DNA of 64,000 nt from Saccostrea cucullata. Taxonomy: Eukaryota. The translations under genes were made by a program, and so were the position numbers. The notes under the pieces are model-generated. The model was not told the DNA's origin. It searched no databases and worked only from the letters and a program-made list of their open reading frames with translations. The first letter of the stretch is position 1. Each line of letters begins with the position of its first letter. Of the stretch, positions 62,151 to 64,000 are shown in pieces. The DNA lies in NCBI RefSeq assembly GCF_032062105.1, contig NW_026922193.1, positions 124,001 to 188,000 of the forward strand. The letters are read 5' to 3'.

Positions 62151-62742
62151 TGCTCCATTCATTTAATGTTGAGTAAATTCCTAGTGTTACTATCGATTTC
62201 TAAAATTAAATTATCAACTGCATTCAAACGTTCCTGGTTACTCTGTTTAGGTATTACGTCATATAGATTTTCTAGTTTCAAAGAAACCTACAAAATTTTA
62301 TCTGGTCGAACTCTATGATTTAAAAGTTTGCCATTGGACAGTTTAGAAGTTGTTTATATTTGATATTGGAAATACCGGGTATGGTTTCAAAGTTGGGCCG
62401 TGTTAACAAGACCCCTATTAAAATTCAAGCTGGATAAAGGTACTGTATTTGAATAATTTTTTATACTTTAAAGAAAGATTAAATTCGCAATCAAGGCAAG
62501 TATTTCAAAATTAAGTGTCAAGATGCTTTAGATATTAGAATATTACTGACTTATAATATTTATAATTTTAAAAACTTAAAATCAAAAAGTAATTTTAAAA
62601 AAATAATAATAAAATGTATGTAGGATGGTATATGCTAAATATTATTTCGCAGATAAAATGGGGTGATTTGAAGAAGAATGGTACAATAAATTATGAAAGG
62701 AAAAAAATAAGATAGAAATTTAAAAAATATCTGTAATGATAG

Positions 62743-63903
62743 GTTTTCCTCCCCGCTGGGCCACACTACATCCCAGTAACTGGACGTCGGTGGAATTGGC
62801 CGGCTGGCTGGAGTATGTAGCGGAGGAATACAAGATGGACTCCGAGGTGACGGGGAGCCTGGTGGACAGTTTCCAGGATCTGGACGGACGGAGGCTGCTT
62901 CAGATGTCCCAGGACGACTTCCGCGCCATCAGTGAACAACATGGAGAATTTTTGTTCGAAATTTTTAAACAAATGTGTTCAGCAGGTAAAAGATTTCTGA
63001 AGTTGAAAATAAATTTAAAAAATAATTAAAATTGTGGATATATATGTTGTTGTTTTATATTCTATTGATGTAACAGAATAATCAAAGATCTACAGGAATG
63101 ATCTTTCAATTTACAATATTTGGGTGGGGAGTTAAATATTTTTTAACTTGTTTTCTTCTTTTTAAGAAAGCAAAGCTATATATCAAATGGCAATTTGAAG
63201 ATGACACAAAAATCAGCATTCATCTCTCTTAAATATTTTAAAATCCGAAGAAAAACAATCAAGGGGTCGGTGGAAAATCATATGAACATGATTATGATAG
63301 AAAAAATACGACAGAGCTGTCATTTCTAAAAAAATGTAGTATTGAAATTAAATTGTTTATAATTTATAATTTTCAGAATTTACAACTCTGAGCAATTCCT
63401 TTTTACTCGCTTTATTCTTTTGTTGTAAACGACTAGCATAATCACGTATTTAAAAAACAAAATCAAATTCATATTAGACACTCTGTTTTATTTATTTATT
63501 CATTTATTTTATACTATTTATTTCCTTTATTCGTCTCATTATTTATTTACCTTAGTATTCATGATTTTTTTTTGATTTTTTTTATTTTGAAATGTGACTA
63601 CGAGTTACTTTTACAAAAATATTTTCATAAATAACACTGAAATAATTAAGAATAACACCCTTATTCATTTTTATATTATTTTTTAATGTGTCCATATTTT
63701 CCTTTTTATTTTTAAATGTATTTTTTTATAAATAAATTCTGACATAATTCAGAATGATTTAAGAATAATGATTTGTTATTGTCCTCCAGAGAATCAGTTT
63801 GCCGGGATGACGTCAGCGACACTACTGCCCCCTATAACGGAGAGTAGCCGGTCAGCCACGCCCTCCCCGACGGGGTCCCGGGAAAGTACAGAGGGGGACA
63901 AGG
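62743..63903 (+). CDS. SAM/Pointed-domain protein (probably an ETS-family transcription factor), internal exons 62743-62985 and 63790-63903; continues beyond the window
   Basis: HPSNWTSVELAGWLEYV...FQDLDGRRLLQMSQDDF...HGEFLF is a Pointed-type SAM; next exon is Ser/Thr/Pro-rich; AG/GT junctions in phase 1. No ETS domain is visible in the window. Confidence 0.75.
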
Positions 63904-64000
63904 GTAAGGTCAAATTGGATTCCTATTTATAGGTGTATATGTACAAAAATAGGAATAAAACGACGCTGAACTTAGAGGATTCAACGTCTTACAAACATGT

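Noticed and set aside
62335-62440. First coding exon of the SAM/Pointed gene
   Set aside because: A donor-like AAG|GTACT exists at ~62440, but no ATG is in the frame that would join the next exon; left unassigned.

Overview
AT-rich, intron-containing, repeat-dense animal DNA. The Cvsi-2-like inhibitors, Pearl/HINE-type repeats and SINE type point to a bivalve, probably an oyster (inference). Host genes: an ORF with a T5orf172/GIY-YIG-like motif that runs off the left edge, a 3-exon claudin/PMP22-family gene, an intronless class A GPCR, three 3-exon Cvsi-2-like (I84-type) protease-inhibitor genes, and two exons of a SAM/Pointed (ETS-type) gene. The main find is an apparently intact 5,279-bp miniature Polinton/Maverick-like element (2656-7934). 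It has AGTAGT ends, a 6-bp TSD, 136-bp TIRs and ~99-bp subterminal arrays. It encodes only an integrase, a zinc-finger-fused packaging ATPase and a minimal penton, with no polymerase, major capsid or protease, so it is a candidate Polinton satellite. Also notable: a tandem TRIM whose LTRs contain a tRNA cloverleaf (36158-36750), a hammerhead ribozyme inside a 154-bp intronic palindrome (49841-49994), and a CRISPR-like array of 14 GAGGAACGTTCCTC palindromes (15856-16686). The rest is nested transposable elements (RTE LINE, many Penelope-like RT remnants, HINEs, MITEs) and one 168-N gap. All family assignments are from motif recognition by eye; no searches were run.
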